From a virus (Duplodnaviria; Caudoviricetes): a DNA stretch of 64,000 bases. Below the pieces are notes generated by a model. It did not search any database. It saw nothing but the letters and a program-made list of their open reading frames with translations, and was not told where the DNA came from. The DNA lies in the IMG/VR virus record IMGVR_UViG_2706796519_000001, positions 6,271-70,270 of that record, one strand, 5' to 3'. The translations under genes and the position numbers were made by a program. Positions 1-9,477 of the stretch are shown here, piece by piece; position 1 is the stretch's first letter; the number at the start of each line of letters is the position of its first letter.

Positions 1-402
1 ATGACCCTCATCGTTCTCGGCGTCTACGTGCTCGTCGTCGCCCGCCTGACCCGGCTCATCAACTCGGACACGATCTTGGACCGGCCTCGCCTCGCGATCA
101 TCACCCGAGCGCGGGCGAGTCGGATGGATGCGAACGAGGCTCGCGCGCTCGGCCAGGATGTCCGCGCGACCCTGTTGGAGCGCCGGGCGCGGCGTTGGGC
201 GGCGGCGATGTACTGGGTGCAGTGCCCCTGGTGCGTCGGCATGTGGATCGCGCTGGCCTCGGCGATTGCTCCCGTCTTGATCCTCGGCTGGCACTGGGCG
301 GCGTTCCTGCCGGTCGCCCTCGCCACCTCGCATCTGGTCGGTGTCTGTGCTCGGTTCGCGGACACCGAGGAGATCGCGGTGGTCGAGGATGATGACCAGT
401 AG
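1..402 (+). CDS. Membrane protein, DUF1360-like
   Basis: Hydrophobic N- and C-terminal segments and a CPWCxGxW motif; immediately upstream of the portal gene. Confidence 0.7.
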   Translation: MTLIVLGVYVLVVARLTRLINSDTILDRPRLAIITRARASRMDANEARALGQDVRATLLERRARRWAAAMYWVQCPWCVGMWIALASAIAPVLILGWHWAAFLPVALATSHLVGVCARFADTEEIAVVEDDDQ

Positions 403-415
403 CACGCTCGCCGGA

Positions 416-421
416 TAACCT
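416..421 (+). promoter_or_regulatory. TANNNT -10 element (TAACCT), predicted leaderless portal transcript
   Basis: 7 nt upstream of ATG 429 with no Shine-Dalgarno sequence; same geometry recurs at several other genes. Confidence 0.55.
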
Positions 422-428
422 GACCCGT

Positions 429-2297
429 ATGGCCGCATCGACCCTGCGCATCGTGCGCCGCCCCAAGGGCGCTCCGGCGCTCCGGTCTCTGACGGCGGCG
501 TCGCAGCCGATTGACGACCCGCAGAAGATCAAGGGCAACATCAACGGTTTGCTCCGCACGACGTGGCAAGCCGAGGCCTGGGACATGCTCGACCTGGTGG
601 GTGAGCTGCGGTATTACGTCGGCTGGCGCGCGTCGAGTTGCAGCCGTGTCCGGCTGGTCGTCTCCGAGCTTGACGACGACGGTGCTCCGACCGGCGGCGT
701 CGCCGACGACAACCCCGACCGGCAGAAGCTCATCGAGATCGCCCGCGCCATCGCGGGCGGTCGACTGGGCCAATCACAGCTGGTGAAGCGTCTGGTCGAG
801 TGCTTGACGGTGCCGGGTGAGTCCTACATCGCCATCCTCCTCCGCGACGACGGCGAGCACTGGCTGGCCCTGACCCGCGAGGAGTGGAAGTCCAAGCCGG
901 GCGGCGGCACCGACATCGAGATGCCCGACGGGACGATGCACGAATACGTCAAGGGTGTCGACCGGCTGTTCCGCGTGTGGAACCCCCGGCCTCGCCGGGC
1001 CAAGGAGGCGGATTCGCCGGTACGGGCCTGCCTCGATCCACTCCGCGAGATCGTCCGCACGACTAAGAAGATCAAGAACGCGAGCAAATCCCGCCTCATC
1101 GGCAACGGCGTCGTGTTCCTGCCGCAGGAGATGTCGCTGCCCGCTGCGCAGGCTCCGCTCGCCGCCGGGAAGCCGGGCGACCCGACGCCGGTGTTCTCCG
1201 GTGCCGCCGGAGCCGAGCAGCTGAGCGACCTGCTCTACAACGTCGCCAAGGTCGCCGTCGATGACGAGGACTCGCAGGCAGCGTTCATCCCGATCTTCGC
1301 GACCGTCCCCGGCGAACACCTGCAGAAGGTGAACCACCTCAAGTTCGGGAACGAGATCACCGAGGTCGAGATCAAGACGCGCAACGACGCCATCGCGCGG
1401 CTCGCGATGGGCCTCGACGTGTCGCCGGAGCGGCTGCTGGGCCTCGGCTCCAACTCGAACCACTGGTCGGCGTGGCAGATCGGCGACGAAGATGTCCAGC
1501 TGCACATCAACCCCGTCATGGAGACCATCTGCCAGTTCATCAACGATCAGGTGCTCAGGCGCGTGTTCGAGGACATGGGTCTGGACCCGAGCAAGTACGT
1601 GCTCTGGTATGACGCGTCGCAACTCACGATCGACCCTGACAAGTCGGATGAGGCGACCGAGGCACACGACCGGGGCGCGATCACGTCGGAGGCCTACCGC
1701 AAGTACCTCGGCCTCGGCGATGAGTCGGGCTACGACCTTGAGAGCATCGACGGCTGGAAGCTGCTCGCGCAGGACATCGTTGCCAAGAACCCCGAGATGA
1801 TCACGACGTGGGCACCGTTAATCGACGCGCTGGAAGGCGTCGAGTTCCCGCAGCCCGTCACCGCGCTGCCTCCCGGCAACGAGGAGAACCCCGAGGGCGA
1901 ACCCGAGGGTCAGAGCGCCGGGGGCGAGGAACCCGACACCGAGGAGAGCAGCGAGCAGGCCGCAATCACCGCCCGCGTGCACTCGTCGGCGGAGTGGGTG
2001 TTGGCGGAGCGGCTGCTGGTGGCCCGTGCGCTCGAACTCGCCGGGAAGCGCCGCGTCAAGACGTACGACCACGACCAGAGGGCGCGGCTGTCGAGCTACC
2101 CGGCGCACCGCTGGCATCGGATGCTGCCGCCGGTCGAGGAGCAGGACATCCCCCGCCTGATCAACGGCTGGGACTCCGCGTTGGAAGATCACGCGATCTC
2201 GCTGCTCGGGGTCGATACCGAACAGCTCCGCGCTCACGTTCGGGCGGAGATTTACCGGGAGCTGACCCGTCCCGTAGTCGACGCCGAGGTGGTGTGA
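429..2297 (+). CDS. Portal protein
   Basis: 622 aa, first large head gene; Cluster B-like N-terminus and NHWSAW motif; TGA overlaps the next ATG. Confidence 0.85.
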   Translation: MAASTLRIVRRPKGAPALRSLTAASQPIDDPQKIKGNINGLLRTTWQAEAWDMLDLVGELRYYVGWRASSCSRVRLVVSELDDDGAPTGGVADDNPDRQKLIEIARAIAGGRLGQSQLVKRLVECLTVPGESYIAILLRDDGEHWLALTREEWKSKPGGGTDIEMPDGTMHEYVKGVDRLFRVWNPRPRRAKEADSPVRACLDPLREIVRTTKKIKNASKSRLIGNGVVFLPQEMSLPAAQAPLAAGKPGDPTPVFSGAAGAEQLSDLLYNVAKVAVDDEDSQAAFIPIFATVPGEHLQKVNHLKFGNEITEVEIKTRNDAIARLAMGLDVSPERLLGLGSNSNHWSAWQIGDEDVQLHINPVMETICQFINDQVLRRVFEDMGLDPSKYVLWYDASQLTIDPDKSDEATEAHDRGAITSEAYRKYLGLGDESGYDLESIDGWKLLAQDIVAKNPEMITTWAPLIDALEGVEFPQPVTALPPGNEENPEGEPEGQSAGGEEPDTEESSEQAAITARVHSSAEWVLAERLLVARALELAGKRRVKTYDHDQRARLSSYPAHRWHRMLPPVEEQDIPRLINGWDSALEDHAISLLGVDTEQLRAHVRAEIYRELTRPVVDAEVV

Positions 2298-4804
2298 TGT
2301 TTCCCGAGCCGGGCGAAGCCATCAACCGGACCATCGAGGCGGAGACGGCGCTGACCGATCTCTACGCCGAGGCCTTGAATCAGTGGGTTGCTGAGACGTC
2401 TGGATATGTGCTTCCAGAGATCATCAATCTGACTGCCGCGACCCTGCCCCCAGACCCGAATGCCGTAGTAGAAACGTCAGGGCGATGGGATCAGCTTGCG
2501 GAGACGCTGATCCTATCGGGTCTCGTAGGGATATTTGCTCTATCAATTTATGAGGCCGCATCCGCCCTGGATATAGAACTGCCCTCGGCGAGTCTCGGCG
2601 CGTCGCGAGCGCGTGAATTGCCCGACCTCGTTGTGCAATCTCTCGTTCGGACGACCGAGGCGACCGTAGAGGAGATCGAGCGCGCGTGGGAGATCGTGCA
2701 GGGCGACCCCTACCTCAAGCAGGCCTGTGACGACTTCATCGAGACGCAGCGCGAGACCGTCGCCGCGACGCCGGGCATCATGAGCGCCAAGGTGTCGGCG
2801 GCGATGGACGAGTCAATCCGTACCGCTCCGGCTCCGACCGCAGATTCGTCGGAGCCGACCGTGACCGTCATGATCGAGCGGCAGCGCGAGGCCGTGGCGG
2901 AGGTGATGACGCCGGGCAGCCAGGCGGTGCGCGACGTCTCCCGCAATCAGGGATACCAGGCGGCGGGGGTCCAGAACGCGGCGGTCATCACGGCAGCCGC
3001 GCTGAGCGAGGATGCAGGCGAACTCGACAAGGTGTGGATCGCGACGATTGACGGTCGGACGCGCCCGACCCACTTCGCCGCCGACGGCCAGCGCGCACCC
3101 CTCGCCGGTAGTTTCACCGTAGGCGGAACGCACCTCGCGTACCCCGCCGACCCGACCGGCCCGGCTGCGGAGGTCAAGAATTGCCGCTGCAGGGTCGGCA
3201 TCCTGGCCCAGGATGAACAGCTGCCCAGCGAGGTCGACCGGCACACTGAGCGGCTTTCGGGCCGGGATGCAACGGCGCGCAATCGTGTCGGCTCGCAAGC
3301 TGACGAGATCGAGCGCCGGGCGGAGCGCGGAACCGTGCGTGCCCGCGACGACGAAGATGGGATTGGCAGGACGGCTGCCGGACCCCCGACCGAGGAGCAC
3401 GACATGACCGTTGGCAAGTCCAACAAGTTCCAGCATGACGGGTCCGCGACGACCACGACGCTGGCGACCGAGGGCGAGGAGAACGACGGCGAGGAGCAGA
3501 GCGAGACGTTCCGCACCTTCACCGACGCGGTGATTGCGCTGTTGGGCGTGTCGACCTCCGACGACCGGATGATCGCCACGGACGCTGAGTTGTCCTACCG
3601 GTCGTTCCCGCACCCGCTCATGTGGATGAAGCAGACCGGCTCCGGCTACGGCGGGCACACCGAGGCCTTCACCGTCGGCGCGATCGAGTCGGCCCGCGTC
3701 GAGGGCGACAAGGTGTACGGCTCCGGCTACCTGCTCAACACGCCCGAGGCCGATGAGGCGGCGGGCGAACTGGCGCACAAGGTCACCGCGCCGTCGGTCG
3801 ACCTCGCTCAGACCGAGTGGAAGCTGACCAACGAGGACGGCGACGAGATCACCGAGGAGGAGTGGTGGGATTTGCCCATCGACGCCAAGGTGCTGCAGTG
3901 CATCACCGCAGCCGAGTTGATCGGCACGACGCTGGTGGCAAAGCCTGCCTTCGGCGACACCTCGATCACCCTCAACGCCGAGCGCGAAAGTCGCGACATC
4001 GCCGTGGTCGCGAGCGCGGCTGAGGAGTTCCGGCCTCGCGTGTACCCGGCGGAGATGTTCGCCGCGCCGGGCCTGACCGAGCCGACGTTGCCGACGATGG
4101 ACCCCGAAACCGGGCGGTTCTTCGGCCACCTCGCGTGCTTTGGCGCGTGCCACCGCTCGATTCAGAGCAAGTGCGTCATGGCTCCCAAGTCGCCGACCGA
4201 CTACGCGCACTTCCACACCTCGCCCGCCGTCCGGCTCGATGACGGTCGAGCGCTGCCGGTTGGGCGGCTGACCGTCGGGACCGGCCACGCGCCGGACCAT
4301 GTGAACGGTCGCGTCGCCGCTGCTCACTACGACAACACCGGTGCCTGCTTCGCGCTGGTGCGGGTGTACGAGACCGAGGTCGGCATCGAGTTCTCCGGCG
4401 TCGCCCATCCGCAGGCGACCCCCGAGCAGATCGAGATGGGCATCACGGCTCCGCTGTCGGGCGACTGGCGCGACTTCGGTCAGGGTCTCGAACTCGTCGC
4501 CGCGCTCGCCGTGAACACGCCCGGCTTCGCTGCCCGTGGCCGGGAGGATTCGATGGGTCGCCCGGTGGCGCTGGTTGCGTCGCTCGGTCCCGCCCCGTCG
4601 ACCTCGGCTCAGGGCCAGGCCGCGCTCACCGCCGAGAACATCGCCGAGATCGTGGAGGCGGCGTTCGACCGGGCGACGACCAAGGCCGCTCGCAAGGCGG
4701 AGGCGGAGGGTCTGCTGGCAGCGGCGGCGTCCAAGGTCGGTGCGCCTCCGCCGGAGCCTGAGCCGGTCGATGAGGTCGAGGCTCTGCTGGCGAGGGCACG
4801 CTGA
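2297..4804 (+). CDS. MuF-like minor capsid protein / capsid maturation protease fusion
   Basis: Start chosen at ATG 2297, overlapping the portal stop and in frame with ORF 1808-4804; MuF motif KVWIAT-DGRTRPTH...HLAYPADP...NCRC, then a protease-like C-terminal half. Confidence 0.85.
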   Translation: MFPEPGEAINRTIEAETALTDLYAEALNQWVAETSGYVLPEIINLTAATLPPDPNAVVETSGRWDQLAETLILSGLVGIFALSIYEAASALDIELPSASLGASRARELPDLVVQSLVRTTEATVEEIERAWEIVQGDPYLKQACDDFIETQRETVAATPGIMSAKVSAAMDESIRTAPAPTADSSEPTVTVMIERQREAVAEVMTPGSQAVRDVSRNQGYQAAGVQNAAVITAAALSEDAGELDKVWIATIDGRTRPTHFAADGQRAPLAGSFTVGGTHLAYPADPTGPAAEVKNCRCRVGILAQDEQLPSEVDRHTERLSGRDATARNRVGSQADEIERRAERGTVRARDDEDGIGRTAAGPPTEEHDMTVGKSNKFQHDGSATTTTLATEGEENDGEEQSETFRTFTDAVIALLGVSTSDDRMIATDAELSYRSFPHPLMWMKQTGSGYGGHTEAFTVGAIESARVEGDKVYGSGYLLNTPEADEAAGELAHKVTAPSVDLAQTEWKLTNEDGDEITEEEWWDLPIDAKVLQCITAAELIGTTLVAKPAFGDTSITLNAERESRDIAVVASAAEEFRPRVYPAEMFAAPGLTEPTLPTMDPETGRFFGHLACFGACHRSIQSKCVMAPKSPTDYAHFHTSPAVRLDDGRALPVGRLTVGTGHAPDHVNGRVAAAHYDNTGACFALVRVYETEVGIEFSGVAHPQATPEQIEMGITAPLSGDWRDFGQGLELVAALAVNTPGFAARGREDSMGRPVALVASLGPAPSTSAQGQAALTAENIAEIVEAAFDRATTKAARKAEAEGLLAAAASKVGAPPPEPEPVDEVEALLARAR

Positions 4805-5028
4805 TGGGGTGCCGTTGCGGCGGGGGCGCGGGCTCCGGCCAAACTCAAGCCGACATCATCGGGTACCGCGCGTATCTGCCTGACGGGACCGTCTTGCCTC
4901 CGCTCGATGAGCCGCCGTTCTTCCAGTACCGCGAGGCCCACACCGAGGTGCTTTTGGCCGGGGGCGGTGTCACGCGGGTGATCCGGCGCGCGGAGCAGAC
5001 CGACCAGCCTGCCGAGGCTCCGGCGTAG
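4804..5028 (+). CDS. Small head-region protein (MGCRCGG start)
   Basis: 74 aa, coupled to the upstream stop, phage-like codon usage. Confidence 0.7.
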   Translation: MGCRCGGGAGSGQTQADIIGYRAYLPDGTVLPPLDEPPFFQYREAHTEVLLAGGGVTRVIRRAEQTDQPAEAPA

Positions 5029-5136
5029 GCCTGCACGGTCAGCGTCTACGTTTCACAGCAGAGAGTTCCTGATCTGAGCTATGTGCCGGGGCGCGCTCGC
5101 CGAAACAACGATCGACACCGAACCGAGGAGTTCGCA

Positions 5137-6978
5137 GTGACTATCCAGAAGCCGATCCCGCGCCACCGCGTGTTCAGCGTCGTCAACGTCGGCCAGTTCG
5201 CGGCACGTGCCGGGTTCACCATGCCCGAGACTCTGCCCGAGACCGTGGCCGAACTTGAGCCGCTGCTCGCTGCGGCCCGCGCGGAGGTGAACGTCTATCA
5301 GGCGCAGCACGCCGCCGGTCGCGAACTGTCCGGTGAGGACATCGAGTCCATGCGCGGCTTGCTCGCCGAGGGCGGTTACCTCGACCAGTTGGAGGCCGCG
5401 TTTTCGACGGCTCAGGCTGCCGAGGCCGACCACTCCGCCGAGATCAGCGGCCTGCTGAGCCGTGCCGCCGGTCAGGCTCCGCCTGCGGAGGACGACTCCG
5501 CCACGCAGGATGACGCGGAGACCGACGAGACCGACGGCGACGGCGGAGAGGGCGCGGAGGCACCCGAGGGCGCGCAGGAGGAGCAGCGGGAACTTGTTAC
5601 CGCTGGCGCTCCGCCCGCGACCACAGGTGGTCAGCGTCCGGTCGCCTTCACCAGCACCGGCACCGACAACCTGCCGGGCCATGAGGCCTCCGAGCGCACC
5701 CCCGGCTGGAACATGCACCCCGGTGCACCCGGCTACCGCGCCGGTATGGGCCAGGTCGGGTTCTCCGACATCGCCCGGTCTCTGGACTCGATCCGGCCCG
5801 GCTCGCGCGCCTCGATGCGCCCGAACCGGCCCAACAAGGTCCAGGACGGTCGCGAGTACGCCCGTCAGGTGGTCTCGACCCTCGACCGCAACGTTCAGGT
5901 GGTCGATGATCCGCACGCGCTGGTCGCCGCGATCAACGAGGCCACCAAGTCCGGCAATCTCGCTCGCCCGACGTTCGACAAAGAGACCGGAAGCCTGACG
6001 GCTGCCGGTGGCTGGTGCGCCCCGTCGGAGCAGTTGTACGACTTCTGCGACGTGCCGGACGCGACCGACCTGGTGTCGCTGCCGGAGATCACGATCAACC
6101 GTGGCGGCATCCGCTGGCCGGTCGAGCCTGATCTGACCGAAATCTTCGAGGAGTTCGAGTGGTTCTTCACTGAGGCCCAGCTCGAAGCCGAGGATGAGGA
6201 CGGCAACCCGACCGCGATCAAGACGTGCGTCGAGGTGCCTTGCACCGACGAGTTCGAGGAGATCCGCCTCAACGCCGTCGGCTGGTGCGTCGAAGCGGGC
6301 ATCCTGCAGGTTCAGGGATGGCCGGAGTTGGTCGAGTGGTTCATGCGCAACCTCACGCAGGAGCACCTGCGCGCGCTGAGCCGCCGGACCATCCTCGACA
6401 TGGTGGCCGGGTCCGGCTCGGAGATCGTCATTCCGGCGACCTCCACGATGGGCGCGATGGCCTCCGTGCTGAACAGCCTCGCGCTGGTGGCGACCAACAT
6501 CCGCCTCAAGCGGGGTCTGTCGCGTACTGCCGTGATCGAGGGCGTGGCCCCGTCGTGGTTCCATGAGGTCATCCGCGCCGACATCGCGATGCGGGCGGGC
6601 GGCGTCGAGGTGTTCACCGTGACCGACGCGCAGATCGACGCGGCGCTGCGAGCACGCAACCTGTCGCTGCAGTTCGTGGGCGACTGGCAGACCCGCGCTG
6701 CGGACCTGCCGGGCAACCTCGCGACGACCACCTGGCCGGACACCGTGAACGTCCTGCTGTACCCGGCGGGTACCTGGTTCCGCTCGATGAGCAACGTGAT
6801 CGAGCTGGGCGTGATGTACCCGAAGGAGCAGCTGCAGGTGAACCGCTTCACGCGGATGTTCACCGAGGACGCCATCGCCGTCGGCAAGCGCTGCGGTGAG
6901 TCGGTGAACGTCAAGCTGACGCTCGACGTCTCCGGCGCGACCGGCGCTCTGCAGCGTCGGACCAACCTGGCAGCGTAA
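5137..6978 (+). CDS. Major capsid protein (hexamer-type) with acidic scaffold-like N-terminal region
   Basis: GTG 5137 follows a GAGGAG SD; acidic/helical N-terminus, then a capsid-like domain (TAAGGWCAPSE). Confidence 0.85.
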   Translation: MTIQKPIPRHRVFSVVNVGQFAARAGFTMPETLPETVAELEPLLAAARAEVNVYQAQHAAGRELSGEDIESMRGLLAEGGYLDQLEAAFSTAQAAEADHSAEISGLLSRAAGQAPPAEDDSATQDDAETDETDGDGGEGAEAPEGAQEEQRELVTAGAPPATTGGQRPVAFTSTGTDNLPGHEASERTPGWNMHPGAPGYRAGMGQVGFSDIARSLDSIRPGSRASMRPNRPNKVQDGREYARQVVSTLDRNVQVVDDPHALVAAINEATKSGNLARPTFDKETGSLTAAGGWCAPSEQLYDFCDVPDATDLVSLPEITINRGGIRWPVEPDLTEIFEEFEWFFTEAQLEAEDEDGNPTAIKTCVEVPCTDEFEEIRLNAVGWCVEAGILQVQGWPELVEWFMRNLTQEHLRALSRRTILDMVAGSGSEIVIPATSTMGAMASVLNSLALVATNIRLKRGLSRTAVIEGVAPSWFHEVIRADIAMRAGGVEVFTVTDAQIDAALRARNLSLQFVGDWQTRAADLPGNLATTTWPDTVNVLLYPAGTWFRSMSNVIELGVMYPKEQLQVNRFTRMFTEDAIAVGKRCGESVNVKLTLDVSGATGALQRRTNLAA

Positions 6979-7000
6979 GGCCGCTCGGTAACAGCAGACT

Positions 7001-7049
7001 GAGGGCGAGTGTCGTGAGCAACCCGAGGCCGCTCACGGCGCTCGCCCTC
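7001..7049 (+). terminator. Long GC-rich hairpin between the two capsid genes
   Basis: gagggcgagtgtcgtgagc (7001-7019) pairs with gctcacggcgctcgccctc (7031-7049): 19-bp stem including G-U pairs. Confidence 0.65.
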
Positions 7050-7080
7050 GCTGTGCATCTAGACCTGGGAGGATGACACC

Positions 7081-7887
7081 ATGACCGCACCCGTCTTGCT
7101 GCCTCTGCAGTTCGAGCCGCCGTTGCAGAACCCGTCACCGTACGGGTTGTTCGCGGCGACCGATTGGCAGGTGCCCGCCGAGGTCGGCGACTCGACCGAG
7201 GGCGACGCTGTACGGCACCTCAACGGCGTCGACTTCCGGCCCGTCGGCAACTATGGCGGCGAGGAGCAGTCCGGCCTCTGGCCGAACGATTCGTGCGTCA
7301 CCGGCACCGTCCCGACCCCTGGCCTACGCAAAGAGGGTCTGCGGACCGAAGGCCTCGACACGTTTGATCCGACCGTGGTGTGGGCGTACGACGAGTGCGA
7401 CCTGACCGAGCCGTCGCGGCGCGAGGTTCGCGTACGGGCGGCGCAGATCCTCCGCTTGGAGGAACAGGTCAAGGTCGAGCGCGAGTTGGCGGCGCGGATG
7501 CTGGTCGATGCCGGAGTCATCTCCCAGACCGCCACGACCCTCGCTCAAGCCGTCGGGTACTTGGAGGCGCAGATGGCGCTGACCAGCACCGTCGGGTACT
7601 TCCACATCGGCGCGCAGTGGGTCGCTCAGGACACTGACCTGTTCATCAAGGCGGGCACCGCGTACCGGTCGCCGCTCGGCCACCTGTGGGTGATCGGCGG
7701 AGGCTACGTTGACGGCCTTGAGGACACCATCGTGGCGACCTCGCCGACGTACGGGTGGAGGGATGACCCGACCGTGCGCGAGGCCATCGAGGAGCGTCAC
7801 AACACGTTTGTGGCGGTCGCTGAGCGTACCGTCCTGGTCGGGTACGAACACCTGGTCGCCGCCGTCACCATCGACACCACGCCGTAG
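7081..7887 (+). CDS. Second capsid protein (putative pentamer protein)
   Basis: 268 aa directly after the major capsid gene, GGAGG SD; matches the recalled Cluster B hexamer/pentamer gene order. Confidence 0.6.
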   Translation: MTAPVLLPLQFEPPLQNPSPYGLFAATDWQVPAEVGDSTEGDAVRHLNGVDFRPVGNYGGEEQSGLWPNDSCVTGTVPTPGLRKEGLRTEGLDTFDPTVVWAYDECDLTEPSRREVRVRAAQILRLEEQVKVERELAARMLVDAGVISQTATTLAQAVGYLEAQMALTSTVGYFHIGAQWVAQDTDLFIKAGTAYRSPLGHLWVIGGGYVDGLEDTIVATSPTYGWRDDPTVREAIEERHNTFVAVAERTVLVGYEHLVAAVTIDTTP

Positions 7888-7898
7888 AGGAGAGACCC

Positions 7899-8708
7899 AT
7901 GCCCACCGGAATCATCGCCACTGTGGACGACGGCTATGCGACCGTCGACTTCGTGAATCCCGCGCTGCGCGGTCCCGGCCTCAAGGCCGTGATCGACATC
8001 GCCGGTCCCCACGCCATCGAGACCATCACCCGCAAGGGTCCGCGCCGCCAGTACAAGATGCTGGTCGGCAACGCTCAGGCGGCAGGCCTCCTCGATGGAG
8101 ATGAGCCGGGGCGGGTGCGCACCGCCGGTCCCGATCTCGGCGCGGCGGCGGCGCTGGTCGCCGCCGACCCGAACGTCAACGCCGGAGCCGATCACGCCGA
8201 CTGGCACACGCCGTACGACGAGTACACCAGCGCCAACAAGTACGTCGGCACCACGACCGTCACCGCAGCGCGGGCGGCAGCCGCCCCGGCCTACACGGGC
8301 CGGGCCAACGCGATCGGCGGCACCAACGCGGGCGACACCCCGACCCACGCCGAGGTAATCGCTCACGTCAAGCGCGGTCACCCCGAGGGCGGGTTCGTCG
8401 GGTCGACGCCGGGCGGTGAGCCGGTCTACCCCGACCCTGACGTCAGCGAGCCGACCATGACGTGGACTCGCGCTCAGCTCGACGCGTACGCGGGAGACAT
8501 GACCCCGCCGATCGACACCACCGGCCTCGCCAGCAAGCAGGCGGTGCTCGACGCGATCGCCGCCAACCCGCCCGCCGGAGAGCCGAGCCTGACCTGGCTG
8601 CGGATTCAGCTCGACGCGTACGCGGCGGCAATGGAGCCGTCCATCGACACGACCGGCCTGGCCGACAAGCAGGCCGTGCTCGACGCTATCGCCGCCAACC
8701 AGGAGTAG
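7899..8708 (+). CDS. Virion (capsid decoration-like) protein with a duplicated 44-aa C-terminal repeat
   Basis: 269 aa; two copies of W-x-R-x-QLDAYA...IDTTGLA-x-KQAVLDAIAAN with a 132-bp period. Confidence 0.6.
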   Translation: MPTGIIATVDDGYATVDFVNPALRGPGLKAVIDIAGPHAIETITRKGPRRQYKMLVGNAQAAGLLDGDEPGRVRTAGPDLGAAAALVAADPNVNAGADHADWHTPYDEYTSANKYVGTTTVTAARAAAAPAYTGRANAIGGTNAGDTPTHAEVIAHVKRGHPEGGFVGSTPGGEPVYPDPDVSEPTMTWTRAQLDAYAGDMTPPIDTTGLASKQAVLDAIAANPPAGEPSLTWLRIQLDAYAAAMEPSIDTTGLADKQAVLDAIAANQE

Positions 8709-8719
8709 AGGGGTTTGTA

Positions 8720-9127
8720 ATGACCAGTAATGACCCGGCACCGGCGGGAGGTCTCCGAGGCCGACTGCAGCTGCTCATCCCCGCGTCGTGGCGCGAAGGC
8801 TGGTATCGCATCGCCTCCGGCGGTGTGATGTTCCTGCTGGCGTTCGGCCTCCTCGACGCCAACGAGGCCGCGCTGTGGACGCAGTTCGGCGTCGGGCTGG
8901 TGACGTTGATCTTTGCCCTGATCTACGCCTACACCCCGGCCCGCGTGGCTCTGTATGCGTTCCTCGGCGTCGGTGGGTCGGTGCTGCTGTATTACGGCAT
9001 CGTCACAGACGTCCGTTGGGCCTTGATCACTGCCGCCGTCGCTCAGGCTTTCGGTATCGCTACCGCAGCTGCCAAGACGGTCACGGTCGATGGTTCCAGC
9101 GGCCAAGTGGTTTCTCGCCGGGCGTAA
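8720..9127 (+). CDS. Holin (about 4 TM segments)
   Basis: ATG 8720 after GAGGGG; four hydrophobic segments and a charged C-terminus. Confidence 0.6.
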   Translation: MTSNDPAPAGGLRGRLQLLIPASWREGWYRIASGGVMFLLAFGLLDANEAALWTQFGVGLVTLIFALIYAYTPARVALYAFLGVGGSVLLYYGIVTDVRWALITAAVAQAFGIATAAAKTVTVDGSSGQVVSRRA

Positions 9128-9132
9128 GTCCG

Positions 9133-9477
9133 GTGACGAACCCGTGGGACGGGCCAAGGCACCGTTCGTGGGCATCGAACACGATGCTCACGTTCATCCT
9201 GCTCTTGGTCTGCATCGCGGCCACCGTGACGACAGACATCATCGGTGAGCCGCCCGCGTATCTTGTCGGCCTCCTCGGCACCGCTGCCGGGGCGTTCTTT
9301 ACGGCCATCGGCTCCGATAAGCAGAAGCGCGACGCGGACGTTCGAGACACCGCTGTGGAGGCGAAGCAAACCGCCGAGCGGGCGGAGACCAAAGCCGACT
9401 CGCTGGGCGAGATCGCCGAGCGCGACCACCCCGGCGAACTGCCAACCCCGCCGTTCGAGGGCGGTGGTACCAGGTGA
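9133..9477 (+). CDS. Membrane protein (2 TM plus charged coiled tail)
   Basis: GTG 9133 in frame with ORF 8788-9477; two hydrophobic segments. Confidence 0.65.
   Translation: MTNPWDGPRHRSWASNTMLTFILLLVCIAATVTTDIIGEPPAYLVGLLGTAAGAFFTAIGSDKQKRDADVRDTAVEAKQTAERAETKADSLGEIAERDHPGELPTPPFEGGGTR

Noticed and set aside
1808-2296. N-terminal extension of the 998-aa ORF
   Set aside because: Overlaps the portal C-terminus in another frame and is Arg-rich nonsense; the real start is the coupled ATG at 2297
2813-6564. 531-aa and 503-aa minus-strand ORFs opposite the head genes
   Set aside because: Antisense shadows with no protein-like motifs
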